Assembly (NCBI GenBank): GCA_040754455.1
Contig: JBFMCP010000020.1
Location: 1 to 60,125 of the forward strand
Origin: Nitrospirota bacterium
GTDB lineage: Bacteria; Nitrospirota; Thermodesulfovibrionia; Thermodesulfovibrionales; Dissulfurispiraceae
Length of the DNA stretch: 60,125 nucleotides
Direction of reading: 5' to 3'
The first letter of the stretch is position 1. The number at the start of each line of letters is the position of its first letter. Positions 16,886 to 27,227 of this stretch are shown here, piece by piece. The notes beneath the pieces are model-generated. The model was not told the origin of the DNA, searched no databases, and saw nothing but the letters and a program-made list of their open reading frames with translations. A program made the translations under genes and the position numbers.

Positions 16886-18276
16886 AGTGTTTCCCTCAGG
16901 GTGCCGAGCACCGCCTCTTCGCCGAGGGCTTCTTTTGCCTCGCCGATGGTGTAAAAGGAACCGGTGATGAGAATCAGTGATGCGTTTAAGGATTCTTCTT
17001 TGTTCTCTGACTCATTGCTGTATTTAATAGCTTTCTCAATGGCTTCTCTTACCGTCCGCGCCACATGGACATTATTGAAGCCGAGAGATGCGGCGCAATC
17101 TGCAAGGTGTTGCGGAGCAGCGGCCCTTCCGTAGTTCGGCGCGGTGAATATGATTTCCGAAGCGAGGGGAAGAAGGTGCGTGAGAATGCCGCCGATATCC
17201 TTGTCAGCCATGATGCCTGCAACAAGGATGATCTTCTTGTCAGCAAAAGCGCTCATTATAAATCGGGAAAGCGCTGCCGCAGCATCAGGGTTGTGGGCGC
17301 CGTCGACCATGATCGGCGGGGTATCGCTCACCCACTCGAGTCTCCCCTGCCAGCGTGTGGCAGCAAGCCCCTCTCTGATTCGTGATGGATAATCCGTCAT
17401 GAGTAATGAGCCTTTATACTCGCCACGCGTCGAGCATGACCTATTACGGCCTTGCAGGGCGGTGGTCACCGCTTTAACCGCGAGACAGGCATTCATGAGC
17501 TGGTGGTCGCCGATCAGGGAGGTCTGCAGGTCTCCGATCTTCTGTGGTCCGTCGGAAAAATCGAAACGCACGCCGGCAAGATCGGACGTCTTCAGGATGC
17601 CGTGGAAGTCCTTCCCGTAGACAAAAAGCGGAGCGGACCTCTCTTGTGCCGTCTTTCTGAGTATCTCTTCAGCCTCGTCTTCCTGGACGGCACTGATTAC
17701 CGGGGTTCCCTTCTTAATGATCCCCGCTTTTTCCCGGGCGATAGCGGCGAGCGTGCTGCCCAGAAACTCTTTATGGTCATAACTTATCTTCGAAATAACC
17801 GAGACCTCGGGGAAGATGACATTGGTGGCATCCAGCCTGCCGCCCATGCCGACCTCGAGGACCGCCCAGTCCACCTTATTCCTGGCGAAATAGAGGAATG
17901 CCATGGCGGTCACGAACTCAAAGAAGGTGGGTTCGGGCATATGTGTTGTAAGGGGGGCAATCCTCTCCCTGATCTCTTCGGTGAGCTGTACGACCTCGGA
18001 TTCGGCGATTCTCTTATTGTTGATCATTATCCTCTCGGTGAAGCTCACCAGATGGGGAGAGGTGAAGAGCCCTACCGTAAAGCCGTGCGCCCTGAGCATC
18101 GAGGCGATCATGGCGGCGGTCGAGCCTTTGCCGTTGGTGCCGGCTATATGTATCGAATGGAACTGACGGTGCGGAGTCCCCAGGTGATCGAGGATGGTTT
18201 CAGTCTTTTCAAGACCGAGCTTGATGCCGTATTTCTGGAGACCGTAGAGGTAGGAAACGGCACTGGAATAGCTCAT
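16882..18276 (-). CDS. folC: folylpolyglutamate synthase/dihydrofolate synthase
   Basis: HIAGTNGKGS, FTSPHL, EVGMGGRLDATN, DGAHNP, TGSFY. Confidence 0.97.
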   Translation of the reverse strand: MSYSSAVSYLYGLQKYGIKLGLEKTETILDHLGTPHRQFHSIHIAGTNGKGSTAAMIASMLRAHGFTVGLFTSPHLVSFTERIMINNKRIAESEVVQLTEEIRERIAPLTTHMPEPTFFEFVTAMAFLYFARNKVDWAVLEVGMGGRLDATNVIFPEVSVISKISYDHKEFLGSTLAAIAREKAGIIKKGTPVISAVQEDEAEEILRKTAQERSAPLFVYGKDFHGILKTSDLAGVRFDFSDGPQKIGDLQTSLIGDHQLMNACLAVKAVTTALQGRNRSCSTRGEYKGSLLMTDYPSRIREGLAATRWQGRLEWVSDTPPIMVDGAHNPDAAAALSRFIMSAFADKKIILVAGIMADKDIGGILTHLLPLASEIIFTAPNYGRAAAPQHLADCAASLGFNNVHVARTVREAIEKAIKYSNESENKEESLNASLILITGSFYTIGEAKEALGEEAVLGTLRETL

Positions 18277-19124
18277 GCTTCAGGGACGAGGGGCATAAAG
18301 TGCTCGATCAGTTTGTACATTGTGCTCTTCAATTCCTTCCGCTCTACAACGAGATCGATCATTCCGTGGTCGAGAAGGAACTCGGCCCTCTGGAAGTTTT
18401 CCGGCAATTGCTGTTTGATGGTCTGCTCAATGACCCGCGGCCCTGCAAAGCCGATGAGGCTCTTCGGCTCGGCGATAATAATATCCCCCAGCATGGCAAA
18501 ACTCGCGGTAACGCCGCCGAACGTCGGGTCGGCGAGCAGCGAGATATAGAGGATCTCTGTCTCCTTGAGTTTCGCGATGGCGGCAGAGACCTTGGCCATC
18601 TGCATGAGCGAAAACATCCCCTCCTGCATCCGTGCGCCGCCTGATGACGAAACAGTGATGAAGGGGACTCTTTTCTCCAGCGCCCTTTCAGCAGCACCGG
18701 CGATCTTTTCCCCGACAACGGATCCCATGCTGCCGCCCATAAAGGAGAAGTCCATTATGGCAATGACGACTGGTCTGCCGTTGATGGTGGCATCGCCGTA
18801 GATGGCCGCTTCACGGAGCGCGCTCTTCCTCCTGTTCTCTTCCAGTCGCTCCTTATACGGCATGGTATCTTTGAAATTCAGGTGGTCCACTGTCATAACG
18901 TCGTCATTGATCTCGATAAAGCTCCCCTCGTCGGCAATGAAATGGATGCGTTCCCGTGCGCTGATCCTGAAATGGTAGGTGCACTTCGGACAGACCTGAA
19001 GGTTCTTCTCGATCTCTTTTTTATAGATGATCTCCTTGCAGCCGTCGCATTTGATCCAGAGCCCCTCGGGTATCTTTACTTTTTTTTCGGTCTTGATCTC
19101 TTTTTTCTTCTTAAACCACGCCAT
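18273..19124 (-). CDS. accD: acetyl-CoA carboxylase carboxyltransferase beta subunit
   Basis: WIKCDGC...CPKC zinc finger, GGSMGSVVGEK, SGGARMQEG, GFAGPRVIEQT. Confidence 0.98.
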   Translation of the reverse strand: MAWFKKKKEIKTEKKVKIPEGLWIKCDGCKEIIYKKEIEKNLQVCPKCTYHFRISARERIHFIADEGSFIEINDDVMTVDHLNFKDTMPYKERLEENRRKSALREAAIYGDATINGRPVVIAIMDFSFMGGSMGSVVGEKIAGAAERALEKRVPFITVSSSGGARMQEGMFSLMQMAKVSAAIAKLKETEILYISLLADPTFGGVTASFAMLGDIIIAEPKSLIGFAGPRVIEQTIKQQLPENFQRAEFLLDHGMIDLVVERKELKSTMYKLIEHFMPLVPEA

Positions 19125-19129
19125 AATAA

Positions 19130-19206
19130 AAATTAAAAATTCAAAAAGTAAAGTGTAAAAATAAGGAACTCCTCATTTTTCAATTTTTAATTTTACTCTT
19201 TGAATT
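19130..19206. repeat. A/T-rich heptamer-period hairpin
   Basis: TCAAAAA GTAAAGT GTAAAAA ... TTTTCAA TTTTTAA TTTTACT CTTTGAA between trpA and accD. Confidence 0.55.
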
Positions 19207-19208
19207 TC

Positions 19209-19994
19209 TTATATTGCCTCCCTTAGTTCCCGGATGAACTGCTCAGCCTTTTCCGGGTCTTCGTAGAATTTTTTTACAATTGCACTGCCCACAATCACGC
19301 CGTCGGCAACCTCTCCGACCACCCGTGCATCATCGGGCGTCGAGACACCGAAGCCGACGGCAACGGGCTTGTCCGTTAATCGCCGCAATGCGGCAATATG
19401 ACTCCTGAACGCCCCGTCGAGCGCGAGCTTCGAGCCGGTGATACCGGTAATGGATACATAGTATACAAAACCGCTGCTTGCCGAGACTATACGTTTCATC
19501 CGGTCTTCTGTTGAGGTCGGCGCAGCCAGGAATATGGTATCCAGACTACCCTTCACTGAGCGTGAGCGTTTTATAAGACCTCCTGCCTCCTCAGGAGGGA
19601 GGTCGGGGATAATCACACCGTCAACGCCGGCTTCAACCGCATCGCGGACAAAGGACTCCTCTCCGTATTTGAAGACAGGATTATAGTACGTCATGAGCAC
19701 GAGCGGGATCTGCGTCTGGCGCCTCAATGTCGTTACGATGGAAAGGACATTGGAAAGGCTTACGCCTGCTGCCAGAGCCCTCGCGGCAGCTTTCTGTATG
19801 GTCGGGCCGTCGGCGAGGGGGTCGGAAAAGGGCACCCCGAGCTCGATGATGTCGGCGCCGCACCGCTCGAGAAGCAGGACGCGTTCGAGTGTCTTTTCCC
19901 TATCAGGGTCGCCCGCCATGATATAGGGGATAAAGGCTTTTCTCTGCTGAGCTTTTAATTGCTCAAAGGTCTTGCTTATCCGTGTCTTTCCCAT
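19209..19994 (-). CDS. trpA: tryptophan synthase alpha chain
   Basis: ELGVPFSDPLADGPTIQ, MTYYNP, VGFG, GSAIV. Confidence 0.98.
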   Translation of the reverse strand: MGKTRISKTFEQLKAQQRKAFIPYIMAGDPDREKTLERVLLLERCGADIIELGVPFSDPLADGPTIQKAAARALAAGVSLSNVLSIVTTLRRQTQIPLVLMTYYNPVFKYGEESFVRDAVEAGVDGVIIPDLPPEEAGGLIKRSRSVKGSLDTIFLAAPTSTEDRMKRIVSASSGFVYYVSITGITGSKLALDGAFRSHIAALRRLTDKPVAVGFGVSTPDDARVVGEVADGVIVGSAIVKKFYEDPEKAEQFIRELREAI

Positions 19995-20000
19995 ATGCTG

Positions 20001-21197
20001 TTATGCGCTAAGATTGATTCCCTTGATTTTTGCCACCTGCTGCACATCCTTGTCGCCCCGGCCGGAGAGGTTGGTGATGATGACCTTGTCACGGGAGAGG
20101 GTGGGGGCAAGTTTCACGGTTTCTGCTATGGCATGCGAGGACTCGAGTGCAGGGATGATGCCCTCCGTCCTTGAAAGCAGCTCGAATGCGGCAAGCGCCT
20201 CGTCATCGGTGGCATAAGTATACCGTACTCTTCCTGACTCTTTGAGAAAGGCATGCTCGGGACCGACCGATGCATAATCCAGACCGGCCGAAACAGAGTG
20301 CGTATCGAGGACATTTCCCGCCTCGTCCTGGAGCAGGTAGGTCTTGCAGCCCTGCAGCACTCCCAGCGAGCCGCCGGCGAACCGTGCCGCATGTTCTCCT
20401 GTCTCGATACCTTTGCCGCCTGCCTCGACACCGATCATCGAGCATTCCGTATCGAGGAATTCATAAAACAGTCCCATCGCGTTGCTGCCGCCGCCCACAC
20501 AGGCGATCAGGTAATCAGGCAGCCTGCCCTCTGTTTTAAGGAGCTGTTTCTTCGCTTCTCTGCCTATGACCGACTGGAAATCCCTCACCAGCACGGGAAA
20601 GGGGTGAGGACCGAAGACCGTACCCAGCACATAGTGGGTGGTCCTTACATTAGTCGTCCAGTCGCGCAGCGCCTCATTGATCGCATCCTTAAGCGTTTTC
20701 GAGCCAACACTCACCTCGTTCACCTGCGCCCCTAACAGTTTCATTCTGAACACATTGAGGGCCTGCCGCTGCACATCGATGGAGCCCATGTATATCTCAC
20801 ATTCCAGCCCTGCCAGCGCAGCACCGGTTGCGGTCGCCACGCCATGCTGTCCTGCGCCGGTCTCTGCGATGAGGCGTTTTTTACCCATCCGCTTGGCGAG
20901 GAGCGCCTGACCGAGGGCATTGTTGATCTTGTGCGCTCCGGTATGGGCCAGATCTTCCCTTTTGAGATAAATTTTCGCTCCGCCGAGCTTTTTGGTGAGC
21001 CGCTTTGCAAAGTACAGGGGGGTCGGCCTGCCGATATACGTCGCCTGCAAATGAGCCAATTCGTTCTGGAAAGCTTTGTCCTTTTTGATATCCCGATAGG
21101 CTGCTTCGAGCTCTTGCAGGGCAGGCATGAGCGTTTCGGGCGCAAACCGTCCTCCGAACCGGCCAAAATATCCTCTTTTATCGGGAAACTTCTTAAT
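20001..21197 (-). CDS. trpB: tryptophan synthase beta chain (TrpB1), probable ATT start
   Basis: [38 protein letters not shown]; the conserved [19 protein letters not shown] lies in frame upstream of ATG 21128, starting from ATT 21197. Confidence 0.95.
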   Translation of the reverse strand: MKKFPDKRGYFGRFGGRFAPETLMPALQELEAAYRDIKKDKAFQNELAHLQATYIGRPTPLYFAKRLTKKLGGAKIYLKREDLAHTGAHKINNALGQALLAKRMGKKRLIAETGAGQHGVATATGAALAGLECEIYMGSIDVQRQALNVFRMKLLGAQVNEVSVGSKTLKDAINEALRDWTTNVRTTHYVLGTVFGPHPFPVLVRDFQSVIGREAKKQLLKTEGRLPDYLIACVGGGSNAMGLFYEFLDTECSMIGVEAGGKGIETGEHAARFAGGSLGVLQGCKTYLLQDEAGNVLDTHSVSAGLDYASVGPEHAFLKESGRVRYTYATDDEALAAFELLSRTEGIIPALESSHAIAETVKLAPTLSRDKVIITNLSGRGDKDVQQVAKIKGINLSA

Positions 21198-21305
21198 GGC
21201 ACTCCTCCCCGGGAACTTCCTGCTGTTTTTCAGAGCTTTGTTTAAGATTTGGTATTATATCATAATGGTTCTGTAATATACTGACACATAAGACCAGGAG
21301 GCGCA

Positions 21306-22658
21306 ATGGAAGAGACCAAGATTCTCCTTTCCGAACAGGATATCCCGAAGCAGTGGTACAACATCATGGCGGATATGCCTCACCTCCCCCCACCTCCCCT
21401 GCACCCCGCGACAAAGCGGCCTGTCGGCCCCGAAGATTTAAGTGCTATCTTTCCCCTCTCGCTCATTGAGCAGGAAGTTGCCACAGAGCGGTGGATTACC
21501 ATCCCGGATGAAGTGCGTGAGATTTATACGCTCTGGAGGCCGACGCCGCTGCACAGGGCCAAGAGGCTGGAGGCCTATCTGAAAACCCCCGCACGAATTT
21601 ATTACAAGTATGAGGGGGTGAGCCCTGCGGGAAGCCATAAGCCCAACACCGCAATCCCCCAGGCCTTTTACAACAAGAAGGCAGGGCTCAAGCGAATCGC
21701 CACTGAAACGGGTGCAGGCCAGTGGGGCTCATCTATGGCCCTCGCTGGGAGTATGTTCGGCCTTGAGGTTACAGTCTATATGGTGAAAGTGAGTTACAAC
21801 CAGAAGCCTTACAGGAGAATCGCCATGGAGACCTGGGGCGCAACTGTGCACCCGAGCCCGTCAACCGTCACTGCCACCGGCAGGAAGGCGCTCGAGGCGG
21901 ACCCCGATAACCCGGGAAGCCTGGGGCTCGCCATCTCGGAGGCGGTCGAAGATGCGGCAACCCATAACGACACGAATTATGCGCTCGGCTCTGTGCTGAA
22001 CCATGTCGTGCTCCATCAGACGGTCATCGGACAAGAGGCGAAGAAGCAGCTCGAAATAGCCGGGGAATATCCGGATGTTGTCATCGGCTGCTGCGGGGGC
22101 GGCAGCAACTTCGGAGGCATCAGCTTTCCCTTCGTCTATGACAAGATTCACGGAAAAGAGGTGAGAGCACTCGCGGTCGAGCCGGCATCGTGTCCTACAC
22201 TCACCAAGGGAATGTTCCGCTATGACTTCGGCGATACGGCGGGGCTCACGCCGTTTCTGATGATGTACACCCTCGGGCATGACTTCATGCCGCCGGGCAT
22301 TCACGCCGGAGGGCTGAGGTACCACGGCGATTCTCCGCTCGTCTCCCAGCTCTACAACGATGGCATTATCGAAGCGAAGGCATACAGGCAGCTTTCCTGC
22401 TTCGAGGCGGCAATGATCTTCTCGCGCACCGAAGGCATTATCCCTGCGCCGGAAAGCTCACATGCCATACGGGCCGCAATCGACGAGGCGCTGCGGTGCA
22501 AAGAGGAAGGGAAGGGGCAGTGCATTCTCTTCTGCCTGAGCGGCCACGGCTATCTTGATCTGGCGGCCTATGATGATTATCTTTCGGGGAAGCTGGTGGA
22601 TTATGAGTACCCTGAGGAAATGATCAAGGAATCGCTGGCGAAATTGCCCGTGATATAA
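21306..22658 (+). CDS. trpB2: TrpB2-type (stand-alone) tryptophan synthase beta
   Basis: [45 protein letters not shown]. Confidence 0.95.
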   Translation: MEETKILLSEQDIPKQWYNIMADMPHLPPPPLHPATKRPVGPEDLSAIFPLSLIEQEVATERWITIPDEVREIYTLWRPTPLHRAKRLEAYLKTPARIYYKYEGVSPAGSHKPNTAIPQAFYNKKAGLKRIATETGAGQWGSSMALAGSMFGLEVTVYMVKVSYNQKPYRRIAMETWGATVHPSPSTVTATGRKALEADPDNPGSLGLAISEAVEDAATHNDTNYALGSVLNHVVLHQTVIGQEAKKQLEIAGEYPDVVIGCCGGGSNFGGISFPFVYDKIHGKEVRALAVEPASCPTLTKGMFRYDFGDTAGLTPFLMMYTLGHDFMPPGIHAGGLRYHGDSPLVSQLYNDGIIEAKAYRQLSCFEAAMIFSRTEGIIPAPESSHAIRAAIDEALRCKEEGKGQCILFCLSGHGYLDLAAYDDYLSGKLVDYEYPEEMIKESLAKLPVI

Positions 22659-22665
22659 TTAAAGG

Positions 22666-23286
22666 ATGAGAGTTAAAATCTGCGGCATAACGAACACCGA
22701 GGATGCGCTGGCGGCGGTTGAATACGGTGCAGATGCGCTCGGGTTTATCTTTTACGAGAAGAGCCCCCGCTCTATACATCCAGACAAGGCGAAAGAGATT
22801 ATCGCCTACCTGCCTCCCTTTGTCACCACTGTCGGCGTCTTTGTGAACGAAAATCCTGCAAAGATGAAAGAGATAATGAGCTTCGCAGGAGTCGATATTC
22901 TTCAGTTGCACGGTGATGAACCTCCCGAGATGTGCACGGTATGGCCGCGGGTCGTCAAGGCGATGCGGGTGAAGGACTTTACCGATCTCAAGCCTCTGGA
23001 GAAATGCAGGGTCTCGGCATTCCTGCTGGACACCTACTCGCCGAGAGAATTCGGCGGCACCGGGCAGACCTTCAACTGGGACATTGCGGTTGAGGCAAAG
23101 CGGTACGGGAAGATCATTCTCTCCGGCGGGCTCAACCCCGACAATATCGAAAAAGCCATTCAGTGGGTCAAGCCGTATGCCGTTGATGTCAGCAGCGGGG
23201 TAGAAGAGACCAAAGGCAAGAAAGATTTGAAGAAAATGAAGGCCTTTATCGAAAGGGCTAAGACTGCTTCGAGGCTACCCGGATAA
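22666..23286 (+). CDS. trpF: phosphoribosylanthranilate isomerase
   Basis: VKICGIT, QLHGDE, GGTG, SGGL, DVSSGVE. Confidence 0.97.
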   Translation: MRVKICGITNTEDALAAVEYGADALGFIFYEKSPRSIHPDKAKEIIAYLPPFVTTVGVFVNENPAKMKEIMSFAGVDILQLHGDEPPEMCTVWPRVVKAMRVKDFTDLKPLEKCRVSAFLLDTYSPREFGGTGQTFNWDIAVEAKRYGKIILSGGLNPDNIEKAIQWVKPYAVDVSSGVEETKGKKDLKKMKAFIERAKTASRLPG

Positions 23287-23626
23287 CGGTCTTTACATTA
23301 CCACGCGGATTGAAATCACCGATCACTTCCAGAAAGCGGGGCTTCAGCAGCGCCTCGAGCTCCGTGTATATCCGGTTCGTCACTTCCTCATGGGAAATGC
23401 AGATATCCCTGAATGCATTCAGGTAAAGCTTCAGCGACTTCAGTTCAACGATCTTCTTGTCGGGCACATAATTTATTCTGAAGGTGGCAAAATCAGGGTA
23501 GCCCGACCGCGGACAGAGACAGGTGAATTCGGGGAACGATATGTTGATCTCATAGTCCCGCTCGGGATTCGGGTTTTTCCATACCTCAAGCTTTGCCTCT
23601 TTTATTGCTTTCTTGCCATAGCGCAT
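23258..23626 (-). CDS. queF: preQ0 reductase (type I QueF)
   Basis: [31 protein letters not shown]. Confidence 0.96.
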   Translation of the reverse strand: MRYGKKAIKEAKLEVWKNPNPERDYEINISFPEFTCLCPRSGYPDFATFRINYVPDKKIVELKSLKLYLNAFRDICISHEEVTNRIYTELEALLKPRFLEVIGDFNPRGNVKTVIRVASKQS

Positions 23627-23679
23627 AGTATCTCCTTGATAAACAGCTCAAAATCGAGTGCTCCTTCCCTATCGAGCAT
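23602..23679 (-). pseudogene. collapsed HEPN/DUF86 (HepT-like) toxin remnant
   Basis: 25 codons, [28 protein letters not shown] overlaps the MNT gene end; resembles fused N- and C-termini of DUF86 proteins with no RxxxxH. Confidence 0.5.
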
Positions 23680-24073
23680 GCTCCACCGCGCTCAGATACT
23701 CTCTGTGTATGTGTTTGAAGTCTTCAAGTTCTTTTATGGTGCGGAATGCAAGGTCATACAGCGCATCCTCGTCCCTACAGAATAACACCTTTCCTTCCCT
23801 TAATACCCGCTGCTTTATGTACAGCGGAAGCTGTTGAAATACATTAATATCCGCATCAGTGATGACAGCGTAGCTCATTTTTTTACAAAAGAGCGCGGCA
23901 GGCTCATAGGTGCGCGGCATGAGCACGATGCATACATCAATATCAGATGATAAGGTACTCTCCCCTCGCGCTGCGCTGCCGAACAGAACCACGGCTAGAA
24001 TAGCCGGATCAGCCCCAGCCTTCCGGAGCACACTGCCCACGTTTGGATAACTTTTGTCGAAATCTTTCTGCAT
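23669..24073 (-). CDS. minimal nucleotidyltransferase (MntA-type antitoxin)
   Basis: LFGSAARG...SDIDV (GS-x10-DxD); LPLYIKQRVLREG. Confidence 0.9.
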   Translation of the reverse strand: MQKDFDKSYPNVGSVLRKAGADPAILAVVLFGSAARGESTLSSDIDVCIVLMPRTYEPAALFCKKMSYAVITDADINVFQQLPLYIKQRVLREGKVLFCRDEDALYDLAFRTIKELEDFKHIHREYLSAVEHAR

Positions 24074-24559
24074 GTTTTTATCGTACCACGACGATAAAGG
24101 GGGTGTAAATTACTCTGTGTTCAGAAGCGGAGAATGCCTATACAGTCTCGGCATCCATAAACTGCATTCGTGTAAGGCTCCTTGTAAAGGACGCTCTTCG
24201 CAAGCAACTATTCATGCGAACCCTGTTGGATGACGCTTCCTCAGAGGATGAGGGCCGAGGGGTTCCTCAGAATTGCCTCTTATGGTATCATAATAAGCAC
24301 TCTGATATCAGAGTGTTTGGAAAAAGCAGTGAGCACGATTCTTTGCTGTTTGCAGCAGTTTTCATAAATGTGCTATCGTTAAAGCTATTTGAATTACACT
24401 GTTCGTAACAGGGCATAAATTGTAATAGTCACACAAAAATTTACTACAAATATAGGGAACTGTTAGTGGTTAGAAATGCCATTAAGATGTGGGGAAGTGT
24501 GGGGCCCTATGATAATGCTTAAACAGTAACTTATTTGGTGAGTAAGGGGATTGAGAGCA

Positions 24560-25195
24560 ATGGAGAAGTTGGAAGAGTCGTTTAGCTGGAGCAGGTTTTA
24601 TTCCTATCGTAAAAAATTCCGGAGGGAGCATCCTTCTGTTTTTGGTCTAAAGATAAGAAAAAAACTACTTGATGTAGTGGTTGAAGAGGTAAAAGGTGAG
24701 GAAAGGATTCTCGATGTAGGAGCTTCCGATAGAGTGTTTGGAGAGAAGGTCCTTGCTAAGTTCCCCCGCATCGTTTACAAAACAATGGATATAGATCGGG
24801 AACAGGCTCACGATTATTACAGTCTGGATGACATTTCAGAGCAATTCGATGTGATTATTTTGTCCGAGGTTATAGAACATCTTAGCTTTAGCGATGGCAT
24901 GTCAATGCTCCAGAGGCTTCGTGAACTGCTGAACAGTAATGGTAAAATTATCATTTCTACCCCTAACCTTCATCATCCTCATCGGTATTGGGACTCTGAC
25001 CACAGGACACCGTACCGTTATGATGAAATCAGTGGGGCGCTTCTTTCAAAAGGATTTAGGGTAGAGAAAGTTTATAGAATCTATAATGATCAGTTCCTGC
25101 GGCGATTCTTCCGTATATATGTGATGTCACACCTCCATAAGTACCTCGATATTGACTTCGCCAAATCAATTGTAGTTGTTGCAGCGAAAGAGTGA
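24560..25195 (+). CDS. class I SAM-dependent methyltransferase
   Basis: ILDVGAS, FDVIILSEVIEHL, GKIIISTPN. Confidence 0.85.
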   Translation: MEKLEESFSWSRFYSYRKKFRREHPSVFGLKIRKKLLDVVVEEVKGEERILDVGASDRVFGEKVLAKFPRIVYKTMDIDREQAHDYYSLDDISEQFDVIILSEVIEHLSFSDGMSMLQRLRELLNSNGKIIISTPNLHHPHRYWDSDHRTPYRYDEISGALLSKGFRVEKVYRIYNDQFLRRFFRIYVMSHLHKYLDIDFAKSIVVVAAKE

Positions 25196-26184
25196 CCATA
25201 GCTTTTTTAGTAACAAGACTTGATGATCCCAGCGTCCGCTACCGGGCATTGCAATTTTTCCCCTTCTTGGAGCGGTCAGGACACACTCCAAAGGTCTTCG
25301 TGATTCCCCGGAGTATATGGGGCCGGCTGCGTCTTTTCAGTAAAATGAAGAACTATGATCTTGTCGTGCTGCATAGAAAGCTCCTCGATTCTGTCGGGTG
25401 GCATGTGCTCAGAAGAAGTTGCAAACGACTTGCTTATGATTTTGACGATGCGCTGATGTTTAAAGATTCAAAAAGTGCACAGCACTACTCCCGTCGACGG
25501 ACTTCCAGATTTAATAGAATCGTGAGAGGTGCTGATTTTGTGATAGCAGGAAATGAATACCTTAAAACATTTGCGGCAAAGGAAAATAAAAGGACGTCTA
25601 TTATACCGACATCGATTGATATGTGTAGGTATGAGGAGCGACCGGCCAAAGCGGCATCAAATCAGATTACTCTTGGCTGGATAGGCTCTCGATCAACACT
25701 CTTTTACCTCGAGAGAATGAAGCATGTCTGGGATGCGCTTTATGACCGGTATCCACAATTGAGATTGATGATTGTCTCCAATGCATTTTTCGATTGTGAC
25801 AGGATGCCGGTTACAAAGAAAGCGTGGAGCTATGAGGAAGAGATTGGAGATCTGCACACGTTCGACATAGGCGTAATGCCGCTCACCGATGACGTTTGGG
25901 CTAGGGGGAAGTGTGGATTCAAACTCCTGCAATATATGGCGGTAGGTGTTCCCGCTGTATGTTCACCGGTAGGGATGAATAAAGAGATCGTAGCGGACGG
26001 AACAAATGGCTTTTGGGCTGAAAGCGAAGAGGAGTGGGTAGACAAGGTCGGTAGGCTTATCGAAGACCCTCAGCTGAGGGCCGATATGGGCAGAAGGGCA
26101 AGAGAGACTGTCATTGAGCGCTATTCTGCCGAGGTGAGTAGTAAAAAAATGGTAGAATTATTTACTGTTATGTCAGCTATTTAG
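25192..26184 (+). CDS. GT4-family glycosyltransferase
   Basis: YDFDDA, GWIGS, GKCGFKLLQYMAVGVPAVCSPVG. Confidence 0.9.
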   Translation: MTIAFLVTRLDDPSVRYRALQFFPFLERSGHTPKVFVIPRSIWGRLRLFSKMKNYDLVVLHRKLLDSVGWHVLRRSCKRLAYDFDDALMFKDSKSAQHYSRRRTSRFNRIVRGADFVIAGNEYLKTFAAKENKRTSIIPTSIDMCRYEERPAKAASNQITLGWIGSRSTLFYLERMKHVWDALYDRYPQLRLMIVSNAFFDCDRMPVTKKAWSYEEEIGDLHTFDIGVMPLTDDVWARGKCGFKLLQYMAVGVPAVCSPVGMNKEIVADGTNGFWAESEEEWVDKVGRLIEDPQLRADMGRRARETVIERYSAEVSSKKMVELFTVMSAI

Positions 26185-26192
26185 CAGAAAAG

Positions 26193-27209
26193 GTGCGTGT
26201 ATATCTTATGAGACAGCTTTCGAAGATACCATATTATTGGGGACGCTATAGGAACAGAAAGTTAAACAGACAGGAGTTTAAACAGCTAAAGAGTGTTCTA
26301 CATTCCTTCCCGTACATCGCATATATCGATCCCACTAATATATGTCCCCTCTCCTGCCCTCTCTGCCCGACTGGAAACCGATCAAGCACACATCCCCGCG
26401 GCCTGATGTCCTTCGATACCTTTCAGAAAATTTACGACCAGATAGGCCCATATCTCTATGAACTCCACCTTTACAACTGGGGAGAGCCGTTTGTGAATCG
26501 TGCCCTTGTAGAGATGATCGAATATGCCAAGAGAAAATACGACCCCAAAATCATTATTAGCTCCAATCTGGCGGGGCTTTCTGAAAAAAGGGCGAGAGCA
26601 TTGGTCCATCCGGATATCGATCTGCTGAATGTCTCAGTTGACGGTGCTACTCAGGAAACTTATGGGAAATACAGAGTGGGGGGAGACCTCAAACAGGTAC
26701 TAGAGACCCTCGCCATTATGGCTGAAACCAAAAAGGCTTCAGGTTTGAGAACTCCTGTGCTTAGATGGCAATTTATCCCCATGAAGCACAATGAGCATGA
26801 GATAGAGACAGCAAGGAGATTGGCAAAGAGCTTGGGGGTAGAGTTTCGCATCCATCGCGTAAGGCTGAATATATCCGATTTTGATAAAAAGGAAATCGAA
26901 CAGGTAGTAAAAGAGAGCGAAGAGTGGATGCCCCAAAACCCGAAATATGTTCGTTTAAGTAATAAGGGGGAGCTTGAGAACGTATGCAAATTTCTATGGG
27001 ATAGAGTTGTTTTTAACTGGGATGGCTCGGTCGTGCCGTGCTGCCAGATATATACCTATGAGGATGTTTTTGCAAAGAGCTTTGAGGTGGACTTTGCAAG
27101 TATCTGGAATGGATCGGCCTATACGAAGGCACGGGAGATTTTCATCGGCAAACGAGCCGAGGACAATTTCATATGTCAGAAATGCGTCGATAACAAGAGT
27201 GCATTCTAG
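26193..27209 (+). CDS. radical SAM/SPASM-twitch protein
   Basis: CPLSCPLC, WGEP, and C-terminal C...PCC...CxxC. Confidence 0.9.
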   Translation: MRVYLMRQLSKIPYYWGRYRNRKLNRQEFKQLKSVLHSFPYIAYIDPTNICPLSCPLCPTGNRSSTHPRGLMSFDTFQKIYDQIGPYLYELHLYNWGEPFVNRALVEMIEYAKRKYDPKIIISSNLAGLSEKRARALVHPDIDLLNVSVDGATQETYGKYRVGGDLKQVLETLAIMAETKKASGLRTPVLRWQFIPMKHNEHEIETARRLAKSLGVEFRIHRVRLNISDFDKKEIEQVVKESEEWMPQNPKYVRLSNKGELENVCKFLWDRVVFNWDGSVVPCCQIYTYEDVFAKSFEVDFASIWNGSAYTKAREIFIGKRAEDNFICQKCVDNKSAF

Positions 27210-27227
27210 CAATACCCCGTCTCTATA

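Noticed and set aside
20741..21202. 153-aa GTG ORF overlapping the trpB start
   Set aside because: Out of frame with trpB, SD too close to the GTG, and no recognisable protein.
23627..23700. preQ1 riboswitch upstream of queF
   Set aside because: The region is MNT/HEPN-remnant coding sequence with no preQ1 stem or A-rich tail.
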